This document shows positions 12,090-26,345 of a DNA stretch of 64,000 nt, piece after piece; position 1 is the stretch's first letter, and each line of letters begins with the position of its first letter. Origin of the DNA: Nemertoderma westbladi (lineage: Eukaryota > Animalia > Xenacoelomorpha); assembly GCA_032718475.1 (NCBI GenBank), contig JAUCBJ010004497.1:1-64000 (forward strand), written 5' to 3'. Under the pieces are notes generated by a model. The model did no database searches. It was not told the origin of the DNA and saw only the letters and a list, made by a program, of their open reading frames with translations. A program made the translations under genes and the position numbers.

Positions 12090-14898
12090 CCCTTTGCACA
12101 CGGCAGACGGGCGGTGCCCGTCACTGGACCTCCGGCAAACGGGCGGTGCCCGTTGCAGGTTTATTGAAACGTTCTAGAGGGGAGCAGCAGCCGGATCTGA
12201 ATTCATTGCAGTATATTATAGCCGGAACTCTCTTTAGACAATAATAACTTACCTAGGTGATCTCTCATTGGTCATTTTGTTCGTGGTATTGTTGTAATGG
12301 TCTCCTATATTACTAGTAGTAATATATATTAGTATTATTATAGTAAGCCCATTCATTACATTCACATATTGTGTATTACGAGAAGATATTTCATGGCAGC
12401 AAGCTATTGCATTTACACACCATAGTTGCTAAATAAATAACGTTTTTGATAATGGATGTTCTCAGATACTTTGTATTATTATTATTTTGTTTGTTACTGT
12501 ATTAGTGATATTTATATTGATTAGTTCACAGTTGAAACCAGCCAGTTTCTGATCTGTTTGTACATTTTATTTTATGAATGGATGGATTTATTTTGAAATA
12601 TTATTTTGTACTTAATTTCTCTGAAACTTACTTGTCAGCTTGTCTATAATTTGTTATTTATTTAGGAATATAGGGTACATTTTATTTTATTTGTAAACCT
12701 ACAGTATATGCAATGCGGAAGCAATGTCTATATTAGACAGATATGCAAAACGTCCACGTAGAATAGCTTTGCCAGTCAGACGATATGGCTTTGACAGTAG
12801 TACAGATGAAGACAACGACGAAGATGTATCATCAATCAGTTCTGCTTCTGAATCTTCAGCTGACGAAAGTGAAGCTGAAGGAGATCCCCTTCCCAGTTCA
12901 ACTCCATCCACTGCCCTCCCAGTACCGCTGCATCCAATATATCCAATCAATTCTGGTTGGGGCGTTGCGGTACCTGATACTGATAAACGAAAGTCAGACT
13001 TGCCATATTACAGAGGTCAAACCGACTACAAGCCTACCGGAATACAAGTTGCTGTTCCAGAATATGCAGCTGAATTTGCACTAAAAATTCTGGACGAAGA
13101 ATTATTCTCGAAAATTGCTGAATGGACTAACAGTCGCGCAAAGAAACGGAATTACAGTGAATTGAATAGATTTGGAAAGCGTAAACACACTGTACAGTGG
13201 ACTGATGTTACTTCTAATGATATCAAAAAGGTGTTTGCAATGCTGTTGGTTATGAGTGCAGTAAAAAAAGTAATGGTACGCGATTACTGGAGTACAAATG
13301 TTTATACTCATATTCCGTTTTTCACCCGAAATGATACATTGTCACGGGACAAATTTAGTCTTATTTTGTCTAACATTAGATTTGCAAGTTACGATCCGGT
13401 AATCCCTGAGAAAATGAAGAAGATTGAACCACTAATTCAACTTCTTCGAGAGAAAGTCCAATCAACATACCTTATTGAAGGTGTAGGGAGTATTGATGAG
13501 TTTTTACTTCTACACAAGGGTAGATTGTATATGAAACAGTATATACCAAAGAAAAGAGCAAGGTTTGGCATAAAAGGTTTCTCTCTGAATGAAAGTAAGA
13601 GTGGATATACGTTTGATATTGAAATTTATTGTGGAAGGGAGGGCACAGAAGAGTGGTGTGCTGATTTGGACACTGATGATCTCACAGTTTCTGAAAAAAT
13701 TGTTGTACACATTCTACATAGATCGCACCTTCTGAACAAAGGCTTTCAAGTAACAGAGATAATTGGTTTCAAAGTCTACGACTCGTGACTTTCCTTCTCA
13801 AGAATAACACCTTGTCTCTCGGAACGATAAAACCCGGTAGAGGAGTGCCTCCAGAACTGAAAGCTTTCAAGATGCATCCTATAACATCTGAATTTACCCG
13901 AAAGGATGACATTTTACTTGTAAAATTTGTTGATAAAAGGGATGTATATGTAATAAGTTCAGTGCACGTTGCTGGCACAGTAGATAAACAAAGAATAACA
14001 CAAGAACATGAAAACATTAGCTACAAGAAACCTTCGGCTATTGAAGACTATAACACAACTATGAACGGAACTGACAGAATTGACCAGATGTTGGCTCCCG
14101 TGAAGTGTCACCGTAAATCGTTTGTATGGCCAAAGAAGTTAGGAGTACACCTAATGCAGCGTCTGGGAGTTGTAAATGGATTTATTCTAGCGAAAATATA
14201 TTTACCACCAAAACTGGTTCATAAAAACTTCAATGACTATCAACTTCTTCTTGTAGAATTGCTTCTGAAACTCAGCCAACCTAGAAACCCAACATATCGA
14301 ATATCTCAACAGCATTCCTTGGAAAAAATTCCACCCACTTCTACTCGACCACGGCCAAGTCGACCTTGCAAGTGGTGCCGAAGTCAAGTTCCAAGTGGCA
14401 GTCGCACTAGGGTTTCGGAATCACGTTATCAGTGTGGCAGTTGTCCTGACAAACCTACATTACATATGGGTGCTTGTTTCGAGAATTACCATAAGTACCT
14501 TTAGGATTGTTTTATAATAAAATGGACTATTCTGTATAATGGTCTATACATCGTATTGTTTATACGTTTGATAAACCATCTGTTAAATATACAAATATGA
14601 CATATCATTGATTTTTATACAATTAAAATAAAAATTAAATTTCGAAAATGAAAAAAAATATAAAATGAAAATTTAAAAAAAAAATTTTTATAAAATAAAT
14701 ATAAACTCATTAATAAGTAAATTAGTTAATGATTTAGTTAAAATTGATAAATTATAAATAATTTATTACATTATTATAGTTCATTTTAATAATACAGTGT
14801 AATAATTTGATTTCTAACACGTTCTAAATTATAGCTCATTTTTATAAAATCTGCCGGATTTGAGATCAATGCAAGTTTATTAAGCCGTGTGCAAAGGG
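12090..14898 (+). mobile_element. Full-length piggyBac DNA transposon
   Basis: Perfect 15-bp TIRs CCCTTTGCACACGGC / GCCGTGTGCAAAGGG, TTAA on both sides (12086-12089, 14899-14902), left subterminal direct repeat CGGCARACGGGCGGTGCCCGT x2, internal transposase. Confidence 0.97.
12724..14504 (+). pseudogene. piggyBac transposase (PGBD-like) split by one frameshift at ~13756
   Basis: Acidic N-terminus, RDYWST, SIDE, YIPKKRARFGIK, DNWF (in the second frame from 13758), YNTTMNGTDRIDQ, C-terminal Cys-rich CKWC..CGSC..H..C..H domain. Confidence 0.93.
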
Positions 14899-14902
14899 TT
14901 AA

Positions 14903-17900
14903 ATGAAACCTAAGTTCGTGGGTACGAAATCCAATATTGACCATTCTTATTTTTTTGTAAAAAAATTTTTTTTTATTTTTTCACTAAAATCGCTCTAACT
15001 TCGGTTCTGATGGTCCAAATTCAATAAAATTGGTATATTCTTTGCCGTAATTTTTTTTTCTATCTTTTAAGAGGGGGTCATTTTTGGCCCCAAAAAAAAA
15101 TGAAAAAAAGGGCCAAAATTACGCGACATTTTTCGACCCTTAAAATTCGTAATTTTAATTATAAATGTTAAGAAAAAAGATAGCGGAGGTAATTTGCTAC
15201 AATTTAAAAATACTTTTGGCGCAATACGCTAAATTATAATGGATTAGCGATTTTAAGAAAAAAAATTTTTTTTTCGTCCCTTTTATAAATATTTTATTTC
15301 ACACGATTGTCTGCCGCTCCAGTTGTATAATAGCTACGGCGTTGTAACTAACGCTGAAAGATAGATAATTTAACGCTCTATAATAATGTTTAAATACGTT
15401 TCCCAGACGTTGAGTAGTTTTCGAGCTAGACGTGTTCCCGCGCAGCGAGTTTGAAACGCGAAATTTTAATATTGGCCCTCATTTTTTTAATAGCGTCCGC
15501 GGAGCAAAACCGATAGCATATTTGAATTCCCCGTATCGATATTGACCATATAAAATGTACCTTAACCAACTAAAGTGAAAAATAAAAAATTATTCGATAA
15601 AAACTATTTTTCATATTCTGGCCCTTTTTGGCCCCTATTGTCAACATATTTTTTGTACCCCCACTCGATAGGAACGTAGCCCCAATGGTCTTCTACGAGT
15701 TTCAAAAAAGAATTAGTGGAATCCTACCCGCGTTGTCAAATTAAACATTTCGGAAATAAAATTTCGAAAAAAGACGGACAAAAACGTAAAAATTTACGGC
15801 CCCTTTTTCCACCCGAAATTTTATTAAATCTCTTACCCCCATTCGATACGAAGGTAGTACCACTCATCCCCTTTCCAACCGCGTTACTTTCGTCCCCGTA
15901 CGATTAATATTAGCCGAGTTATAGCGGATTCCGCAAAGTCATTTTGTCCGTTTTTTCAACTTTGACGGACAATAGACGGAAAACAAGCCCGGAGGCGGGG
16001 TATTCCAAGATGTGGAAACGTCTAATTTAGACCCCCTCTTTCGATTCTCGGTGTCTCTGGATGCGTCAAATAGAGGTTTTTTAAGAGTCCTAGTGAAAAA
16101 AAGACAAAAAAACCAGACAATTGTCCGTCATGTCCGTCAAAACGATAGATTCGCTAAAAGCTCTGAAGAATCTTATTTTTTTGGCATTACGCGTCCCCCC
16201 TCGAAAAATCGAGAAAATCGTACCTCTGGAAATAGGTCGAATGGGGGGGGAACACCGTTTTCGCAGTAACTACGCGTCCTCTATGTAGACTGCGTCCTTT
16301 AGAGGGGCGGCGAATTCACCTCACTCGACGCCGCCCTTACTGAATGTTTTTAAAAGATATTTCTTCCCACCAAGGTGGACCCAAAATGAAGTTATACTTA
16401 AAGAAAGACCACGAGGTAAAGGGAAAAGTGTGGAGGGGGGGGGGGGGGGGGGGGGTATGCGTCGAATGACACGAGGGGAGACGAACTGGACTCGTTAATT
16501 TTATATTACTCGAAATTGTATGTAATATATTTTCGCTCCCAGTCTACACTCGTTCTATATACCGGTAACCCATTAATATTAATATATACTACTCAGTCGT
16601 TTGTACATAATACGAAGCCTGTAAGTTATAGTCACCGAAACATTTCAGCTCGGAAATTATAATATATGAATCAAGGATGTCTCTCTTATGATCTACATAG
16701 AATAGATATGGTTATTGATACTGTTACATTGTGATAATGGATTCTAGGTTTCTTTCACTGGTAAATCCGTATAAAAGTTGAAGTAATAAAATTTAATTAC
16801 AGAACCATAGTTCGAAGATCAGCATTATTCATACCAGTCATTGCTTAGAAATTTTACAGGATAATATTGTTAATCTGACTTAAGTTGTTTAGGTTGAACA
16901 AAGTCTACATAGTAAACAACAGGTCCTCCAAAGAGTGTGTCTTTGGTATATTATATCATGAAGGGGGAAGTTAGATTCACTGCATAAATGCAGTTTATCT
17001 AACTTCCCCCAAATATCTACTGTTGAATAAAATTGAAGCCATATATTAAGTCCGAAGAGGTGCGAGTTTTTTAATAAATTGTGTGGTCCATTTGTTATCT
17101 GATCTCTATTTATTGTTTAAAGTTCATTTAAGATCACACTGGTTTTTAGAATATTACAACCTTATTTATTATTAATTTATACAATTGAACCCTTATAAGG
17201 ACCGGTTATTTGTACACATACTCCTAATGCGCTCAGTAAGGTCCATACAACATATTAATATGAAAATAAATTATCTGCAACGAAAAGAACCCAATAATAC
17301 ACCATTTGACCTTATTAAAAAAAATTGCACATTTGCACACATATTTGCACAAGTGCACTTTAGCGGATCCTAAAGGTGGTTCCTATTTAACACACTTATG
17401 TCTATTCTCTACCGATCTACGATGGTGCATGATCAAGTGTCAGTCGCTAAAAGTGTCAAAAATCCAATTTAACAAATCGCGACATTTGCGATTTTGGACC
17501 ATATTCATGGACATTTTAAGTCACTTTATAGACATAAAAAGATAAACAAATGTTAAGATTATAGTTAGAAATCACTCCAAACTACATTTTAACCCAAGTA
17601 ATAACATTCTACGATGAATAGAACTGGAAATAATAGTGTTTGAATTATCGAAAAAATGTCCACTATTTAAGTGCATTTTGCACTAAGTGCACATGCGTCT
17701 TTTCCCAAGTTGTATCCTATTTCACACACTACAATCTATCCTCTATCCAATGAAAAAAGATTCAGATCAAACGGCCCAATAGAACCGAAGTTATTGATGT
17801 TTAAAAATAGTCACTCGAAAATTTCAAATTATATTGGTCACGTAGTCTAGTGGTTATCAATCATGTTAATGAAACCTAAGTTCGTGGGTACGAAATCCAA

Positions 17901-20900
17901 TATTGACCATTCTTATTTTTTTGTAAAAAAAAATTTTTTTATTTTTTTACTAAAATCGCTCTAACTTCGGTTCTGATGGTCCAAATTCAATAAAATTTGT
18001 ATATTCTTTGCCGTAATTTTTTTTTCTATCTTTTGAGAGGGGGTCATTTTTGGCCCCAAAAAAAAATGAAAAAAAGGGCCAAAATTACGCGATATTTTTC
18101 GACCCTTAAAATTCGTAATTTTAATTATAAATGTTAAGAAAAAAGATAGCGGAGTTAATTTGCTACATTTTACAGGTAGTTTTGGCGCAAAGAGCTAAAT
18201 TATAATAGAACAGCAGATTATTAAGAAAAAAACGTTTTTCGTCCCTTTTTTATAAATATTATATTTCACACGATCGTCTGCCGCTCCAGTTGTATAATAG
18301 CTTCGGCGCTGTAATTAACGCTGTTAGATAGATAATTTAACGCACTATAAGTCTGTGTAAACAAATCTCCCGTAAATTAAGTAGTTTTCGAGCTAGACGA
18401 TTTCCCGCGAAGCGAGTTTGAAGCGCGAAATTTTATTTTTGGCCCTTATTTTTTTAATAGCGTCCGCGGAGCAAAACCGATAGCATATTTGAATTCCCCG
18501 TATCGATATTGACTGAATAGAATCTACGTTAACCAACTAAAGTAAAAAATAAAAAATTATTCGATAAAAACTATTTTTCATATTCTGGCCCTTTTTGGCC
18601 CCTATTGTCGACATATTTTTTGTACCCCCACTCGATAGGAACGTAGCCCCAATGGTCTTCTACGAGTTTCAAAAAAGAATTAGTGGATTCCTACCCGCGT
18701 TGTCAAATTAAATATTTCGGAAATAAAATTTCGAAAAAAGACGGACAAAAACGTAGAAATTTACGGCCCCTTTTTTCCACCCGAAATTTTAATAAATATC
18801 TTACCCCCATTCGATACGAAGGTAGTACCACTCTTCCCCTTTCCAACCGCGTTACTTTCGTCCCCGTACGATTAATATTAGCCGAGTTATAGCGGATTCC
18901 GCAAAGTCATTTTGTCCGTTTTTTCAACTTTGACGGACAATAGACGGAAAACAAGCCCGGAGGCGGGGTATTCCAAGATGTGGAAACGTCTAATTTAGAC
19001 CCCCTCTTTCGATTCTCGGTGTCTCTGGATGCGTCAAATAGAGGTTTTTTAAGAGTCCTAGTGAAAAAAAGACAAAAAAACCAGACAATTGTCCGTCATG
19101 TCCGTCAAAACGATAGATTCGCTAAAAGCTCTGAAGAATCTTATTTTTTTGGCATTACGCGTCCCCCCTCGAAAAATCGAGAAAATCGTACGGCTGGAAA
19201 TAGGTCGAATGGGGGGGGAACACCGTTTTCGCAGTAACTACGCGTCCTCTATGTAGACTGCGTCCTTTAGAGGGGCGGCGAATTCACCTCACTCGACGCC
19301 GCCCTTACTGAATGTTTTTAAAAGATGTTTCTTCCCACCAAGGTGGACCCAAAATGAAGTTATACTTAGAGAAAGACCACGAGGTAAAGGAAAAAGTGTG
19401 GAGGGGGGGGGGGGGGGGGTATGCGTCGAATTACACGAGGGGAGACGAACTGGACTCGTTAATTTTATATTACTCGAAATTGTATGTAATATATTTTCGC
19501 TTCCAGTCTACACTCGTTCTATATACCGGTAACCCAGTAATATTAATATATACTACTCAGTCGTTTGTACATAATACGAAGCCTGTAAGTTATAGTCACC
19601 GAAACATTTCAGCTCGGAAATTATAATATATGAATCAAGGATGTCTCTCTTATGATCTACATAGAATAGATATGGTTATTGATACTGTTACATTGTGATA
19701 ATGGATTCTAGGTTTCTTTCACTGGTAAATCCGTATAAAAGTTGAAGTAATAAAACTTAATTACAGAACCATAGTTCGAAGATCAGCATTTTTCATACCA
19801 GTCATTGCTTAGAAATTTTACAGGATAATATTGTTAATCTGACTTAAGTTGTTTAGGTTGAACAAAGTCTACATTGTAAACAACAGGTCCTCCAAAGAGT
19901 GTGTCTTTGGTATATTATATCATGAAGGGGGAAGTTAGATTCACTGCATAAATGCAGTTTATCTAACTTCCCCCAAATATCTACTGTTGAATAAAATTGA
20001 AGCCATATATTAAGTCCAAAGAGGTGCGAGTCTTTTAATAAATTGTGTGGTCCATTTGTTATCTGATCTCTACTATTTATTGTTTAAAGTTCATTTAAGA
20101 TCACACTGGTTTTTAGAATATTACAACCTTATTTATTATTAATTTATACAATTGAACCCTTATAAGGACCGGTTATTTGTACACATACTCCTAATGCGCT
20201 CAGTAAGGTCCATACAACATATTATTAATATGAAAATAAATTATCTGCAACGAAAAGAACCCAATAATACACCATTTGACCTTATTAAAAAAAATTGCAC
20301 ATTTGCACACATATTTGCACAAGTGCACTTTAGCGGATCCTAAAGGTGGTTCCTATTTAACACACTTATGTCTATTCTCTACCGATCTACGATGGTGCAT
20401 GATCAAGTGTCAGTCGCTAAAAGTGTCAAAAATCCAATTTAATAAATCGCGACATTTGCGATTTTGGACCATATTCATGGACATTTTAAGTCACTTTATA
20501 GACATAGAAAGATAAACAAATGTTAAGATTATAGTTAGAAATCACTCCAAACTACATTTTAACCCAAGTAATAACATTCTACGATGAATAGAACTGGAAA
20601 TAATAGTGTTTGAAATATCGAAAAAATGTCCACTATTTAAGTGCATTTTGCACTAAGTGCACATGCGTCTTTTCCCAAGTTGTATCCTATTTCCCACACT
20701 ACAATCTATCCTCTATCCAATGAAAAAAGATTCAGATCAAACGGCCCAATAGAACCGAAGTTATTGATGTTTAAAAATAGTCACTCGAAAATTTCAAATT
20801 ATATTGGTCACGTAGTCTAGTGGTTATCAATCATGTTAATGAAACCTAAGTTCGTGGGTACGAAATCCAATATTGACCATTCTTATTTTTTTGTAAAAAA

Positions 20901-22307
20901 ATTTTTTTTATTTTTTCACTAAAATCGCTCTAACTTCGGTTCTGATGGTCCAAATTCAATAAAATTGGTATATTCTTTGCCGTAATTTTTTTTTCTATCT
21001 TTTGAGAAGGGGTCATTTTTGGCCCCAAAAAAAAATGAAAAAAAGGGCCAAAATTACGCGATATTTTTCGACCCTTAAAATTCGTAATTTTAATTATAAA
21101 TGTTAAGAAAAAAGATAGCGGAGTTAATTTGCTACATTTTACAGGTAGTTTTGGCGCAAAGAGCTAAACTATCATAGAGTAGCGATTTATTAAAAAAAAA
21201 AAAATTTTCGTCCCTTTTTTTAAATATTTTATTTCACACGATCGTCTGCCGCAGCAGTTGTATTAAAGCTAATGCGCTGTAACTAACGCTGTTAGATAGA
21301 TAATTTAACGCACTATAAGTCTGTGTAAACAAATCTCCCGTAAGTTAAGTAGTTTTCGAGCTAGACGATTTCCCGCGAAGCAAGTTTGAAGGGCGAAATT
21401 TTATTTTTGGCCCTCATTTTTTTAATAGCGTCCGCGGAGCAAAACCGATAGCATATTTGAATTCCCCGTATCGATATTGACTGTATAAAATGTACCTTAA
21501 CCAACTAAAGTGAAAAATAAAAAATTATTCGATAAAAACTATTTTACATATTCTTGCCCTCTTTGGCCCCTATTGTTGACATATTTTTTGTACCCCCACT
21601 CGATAGGAACGTAGCCCCAATGGTCTTCTACGAGTTTCAAAAAAGAATTAGTGGAATCCTACCCGCGTTGTCAAATTAAACATTTCGGAAATAAAATTTC
21701 GAAAAAAGACGGACAAAAACGTAGAAATTTACGGCCCCTTTTTTCCACCCGAAATTTTAATAAATATCTTACCCCCATTCGATACGAAGGTAGTACCACT
21801 CTTCCCCTTTCCAACCGCGTTACTTTCGTCCCCGTACGATTAATATTAGCCGAGTTATAGCGGATTCCGCAAAGTCATTTTGTCCGTTTTTTCAACTTTG
21901 ACGGACAATAGACGGAAAACAAGCCCGGAGGCGGGGTATTCCAAGATGTGGAAACGTCTAATTTAGACCCCCTCTTTCGATTCTCGGTGTCTATGGATGC
22001 GTCAAATAGAGGTTTTTTAAGAGTCCTAGTGAAAAAAAGACAAAAAAACCAGAAAATTGTCCGTCATGTCCGTCAAAACGATAGATTCGCTAAAAGCTCT
22101 GAAGAATCTTATTTTTTTGGCATTACGCGTCCCCCCTCGAAAAATCGAGAAAATCGTACGGCTGGAAATAGGTGGAATGGGGGGGGAACACCGTTTTCGC
22201 AGTAACTACGCGTCCTCTATGTAGACTGCGTCCTTTAGAGGGGCGGCGAATTCACCTCACTCGACGCCGCCCTTACTGAATGTTTTTAAAAGATATTTCT
22301 TCCCACC
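14903..22307. repeat. Head-to-tail tandem array of a ~2.97-kb non-coding unit (2.5 copies), probably TE-derived
   Basis: Units start ATGAAACCTAAGTTCGTGGG at 14903, 17869 and 20839 with high identity; third copy cut at 22307; internal hairpins. Confidence 0.95.
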
Positions 22308-25300
22308 TAGTAGAACGTCAACAGGACACTCTGATTCGTATTGATTCTGAGTTAATAAATTTGGGTTTTAAAGATAACACTTCAGGCCCATATTTTCGTA
22401 GTGCAGATGAAGTTATATTTAAATCATGGCGTATGTTAACGCGTTTAGATAATTATTCACTAGAACATAATCATAGTGTTATATCTGACAGTGTTAGAGT
22501 AGATGACCCAACCCGAAATTTACCCAAAATTGCTCCACCTACTTTTGATGGAGAATACTTAAATTAACGTCCCTTTTGGGATCAATTCCGGGCTTTAATA
22601 CATGACAGGCCTGGCCTGAGTGATGTACAAAAATTTATTTACTTGCGTAATGGGTTGCAAGGTGATACAATAGATGCTTCGCATGGTATGTCTGCTACTT
22701 CAATAAATTACAAGGCAGCAATTGAGATACTACAATGGCGTTTTGGGAATCCGCATTTACTCATGGGAATGTATTCCAGCCATTTATGTCAATTATTACC
22801 TGTTAAGGAAGGGGACATCAAATGTTTTCGAAACGCAATGGATACATTTGAAGGTGATTTGTGTGAAATTCGATATTTAGCACATGAAATTCAAACTGGT
22901 TCAATAGAACCTATTCCTGCTGAATCAAAATCGAAAATATCACCTCTGCTTGATCTCACGTCATTACTTTTGGAACCTCTATTATTACAAAAATTACCAG
23001 CTGATGTAGTCCTTTTATGGAATAGGTCATGTAATAATCCTGTTGATCGTTTTAACTTAGATTATCTTCTAGAATTTGTAAGACAGGAACTTGAATCTAG
23101 AGAATCTATTAATTTCTCTGTAAATGCTGGAAATAACCGATCTAAAACCAATAATGTGCCCAATTTCAAACCTTTACAGGTTTATAACTTCAATCCAAAA
23201 CCTTCATCAACTTCCTCATTGGTTGTTAATGACAACCCCCAATCATCATATAGTTGCCCTATCTGCAAGGGAAGAACACTTATGAACTTAAGGACTGTTC
23301 AGTTTTCATGGCACAATCTGCTGAATGTAAACTTAACCTTTTGAGGACTAGCAACTTGTGTACCAATTGTTATGGTCTCCATAAGACTAAAGATTGCACC
23401 TCTCCATATAGCTGTCGGTATTGTGGTAAAAGGCACCACTCCCTATTGAGTTTTAAACAATATAATACCGGTGGTTCGCACTCTGGTCCTGGACCTGCAC
23501 GTTCAAATCCATTAACTGGGTCCACAAATCAATCAGGTAAATTCCCACATACTATGGGTCCACCTACAATAAAACCATTTAAACCAAATAATCCTGGGAA
23601 TACTGTTTATCACAGTAATACCAATAATAATACTTCAAATAATTCCCTCGTTTCCATTTCACCCATTTTGCCTACCATAGCTGATGATATTTCTGTTTTG
23701 GTCAAACTTGCCAAAACAGTAGTTTACCCTCAAAACTCTACAACTTTTTTTTCTATTTATGTATATTTGGATGATGGTTCAAAGAGAACTTATATCCTAT
23801 CAAATCTTGCTAATTGGTTGCAATTACCCATTATACAATCTCAGACAATGACAACTGGTTCATTTGGAGGTAATGTTGACACCTATCCATCAAATACCGA
23901 TCATTATACCGATCCAATCACTATCACTGCATGGACTGCTCCTAATTTATGTCCCATTATGCGTCAGGAAAAGCTTACAACTTTACCATCCCCTATTTCT
24001 TACCTAAGTAGTTGGGCTGACAGTTTTGATGGTGGGGAACGTGAGATAGCAATTATTATTGGGGCAGACCAAATATGGTCTGTTACAGGAGCTGTTCTAC
24101 ATTACCCCAATTGCCCTGTTGTCTTAGATACTTTCGTTGGGCGCGTTCGTTCAGGAAAATTACCCCACTCAAGTCTACCCAGTCAATCTCCATGACTGGA
24201 AAGTACCCCATCTCCATCATTATTGATCACTGATACTACACCTTATACTAATATTGCCCGTTTATGGGATCTAGAAACAGTTGGTGTTACTGATAAAGAA
24301 ATTAATCTAGACCCTTATACTAAACCTATAGTATCATGTGAGGTGCCTCATCACTATCAAGTTTTACTTCCATTTTGAGGCCATCAGCGCCCTTTATCCA
24401 ATTATTCGATGGTGTCCAAACTTCCACATCGAATTGTTGCTGATATCAAACCCACTGAGAAATTAATATATTCTTCAAAGTTCCAAAAACTTATGGATAA
24501 TGGATATATTGAAGTTGCTTCAACAAACAATGATGAAGGATTTTTTCTTCCTAATCACCTTGTCTTTAGCTCTAACAAGTATAGAGTTGTTTTCAATGGA
24601 TCTGCCACTGACATATGTTGATGTCTTGGTAGATACTGTATTACGCTTCCGCTTTTATCCATATGTGGTAATGGGCGATATTGAAGCCGCATATCATCAA
24701 GTTGTACTTGACCCTTGTGATCGAATTGGAATCGGAAATGGACCAAATTTATTTGGAAGAATCAATTTATACGAGTCCCACTTGGATTATCATCTAGTTC
24801 TTTTCTGCTTAATTCTACTCTGTTACATCATATAATGACGCATTCACCACCTGAGCTTGTAAATGAACTCCTAAAGTCAATATACTCTGATGATCTAATG
24901 CATGGGATTAATGACCCACAAAAGTCAATAGAGTATCTATTTAACTCCTAATGTTATTGTACACATTTTTTGTGATGCCTCTATGAATGCATACTCATTT
25001 CTTGTTTATACTAAAGAACTTGGAAGTATTCCCAATTTATTATTTAGAAAATCAAGAGCAGCACCAATAAAAAATAATACATTATCCACATCACGTTTAG
25101 AACTCATGGGTTGCACTCTTGGTCCAAACTTTGCCAGTAATATGATTAGGAAGTTATTTATACCAAAGCAAATCTTTTTATGGAGTGATTCCATGTGTGC
25201 CTTACAATGGATACGTGATGGTGCAACAAAACGTGATGTATTTGTAGCAAATCGAGTTGAGTCAATTACGAATAATATGGATCCTCACCAATGGCATCAT

Positions 25301-26345
25301 GTGCCTTCTGAATTAAATCCTTCGGATATCCCTTCTAGGGGATGTGATCTTATTAAACTTACTACAAATAGCTTTTACAAACATGGTCCATCATTCTTGC
25401 AAGAACCATAATATTTGTGGCCTTCTGAACCAACTTCCCCTCCACAACTTTTGATAACCAACTCTCAACAATTAAATTCATTTTCAGAGTGTAATTTAAT
25501 TTCCAAGCTCTCGCAACCTGTTCGGGTATTGTCCTGGATAAAGCGTTTTAGTCATAACGCCCATAACCCAAAAGATAAGATAGTGGGTAATCTTTACTAT
25601 TTTGAACTTCGTAAGTCTCTGCATTTCCTTATTCTGTTCGAGCAATATTTGTTTTTCCAATGTGAAATTAATTCCCTGAAATGTAAAATGAATGGTTCTG
25701 TATCTCCTGCTTCTTCTATTCATAAACTTCACCCTATTATTCATAATGACCTACTAGTTATGTCACCACGTACTGGCGAACCATATATAATAATATTGCC
25801 AAATCGAAGTCATTTAACGAAATTAATTGCTATGGACTACCATGCTATGGACTACATGAATTAATGCATCAAGGACCAGATGCGACATTAGCCCAAATTA
25901 GAACAAAATATTGGATTCCTGGTGGCCGTTCACTGGTGCGCCAAATGATTAATAAATGTAATGCTGTAAACGCTATCATGCTCTACCATATATGGCTCCC
26001 GAATCAGAGTTGCAACCATTTCGACGTCAAGCTATTGCTCCTTTCATAGTTTCTGGAATGGATCATTTTGGCCCTATTTATGTAACAGGAGGTGAAAAAG
26101 CACAGTGTCTTCTCTTCACATATTCCTCTACACGAGCTATACATCTAGAACTTGTTGATAATTGTTCAACTCGTGAAACATATTTAGCTATGCGGAGATT
26201 TCTTTCATTGAGAGTACCTACCTTTACTCATATAAGTGTCCATGCATGATCGTCCATGAAATTTCCAAATCACACTGTTACTCATCATTTTACACCAGCA
26301 GGCTTACCCCATTGGGGAGGCTGGTGGGAGAGAATGGTTTGTAGT
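22308..26345 (+). pseudogene. Decayed BEL/Pao LTR retrotransposon gag-pol (no LTRs seen)
   Basis: In order: LPKIAPPTFDG/KFIYLR (DUF1759-type gag), CTNC..H..C and CRYCGKRHHSLL knuckles, protease LDDGSKRTYI, RT LPNH/YRVVF/GDIEAAYHQV/YSDD, Pao RNase H CDAS/KSRAAP/RLEL/WSDS/FVANRV/NPSDIPSRG, integrase HQG/DHFGP/RAIHLE/WGGWWERMV; many stops and frameshifts. Confidence 0.93.

Noticed and set aside
15716-22205. Recurrent short ORFs (MESYPRC, METSNLDP, MNPYKDR, MTLLKK)
   Set aside because: They recur only because the 2.97-kb unit is repeated; non-ATG starts, indels between copies, no motifs
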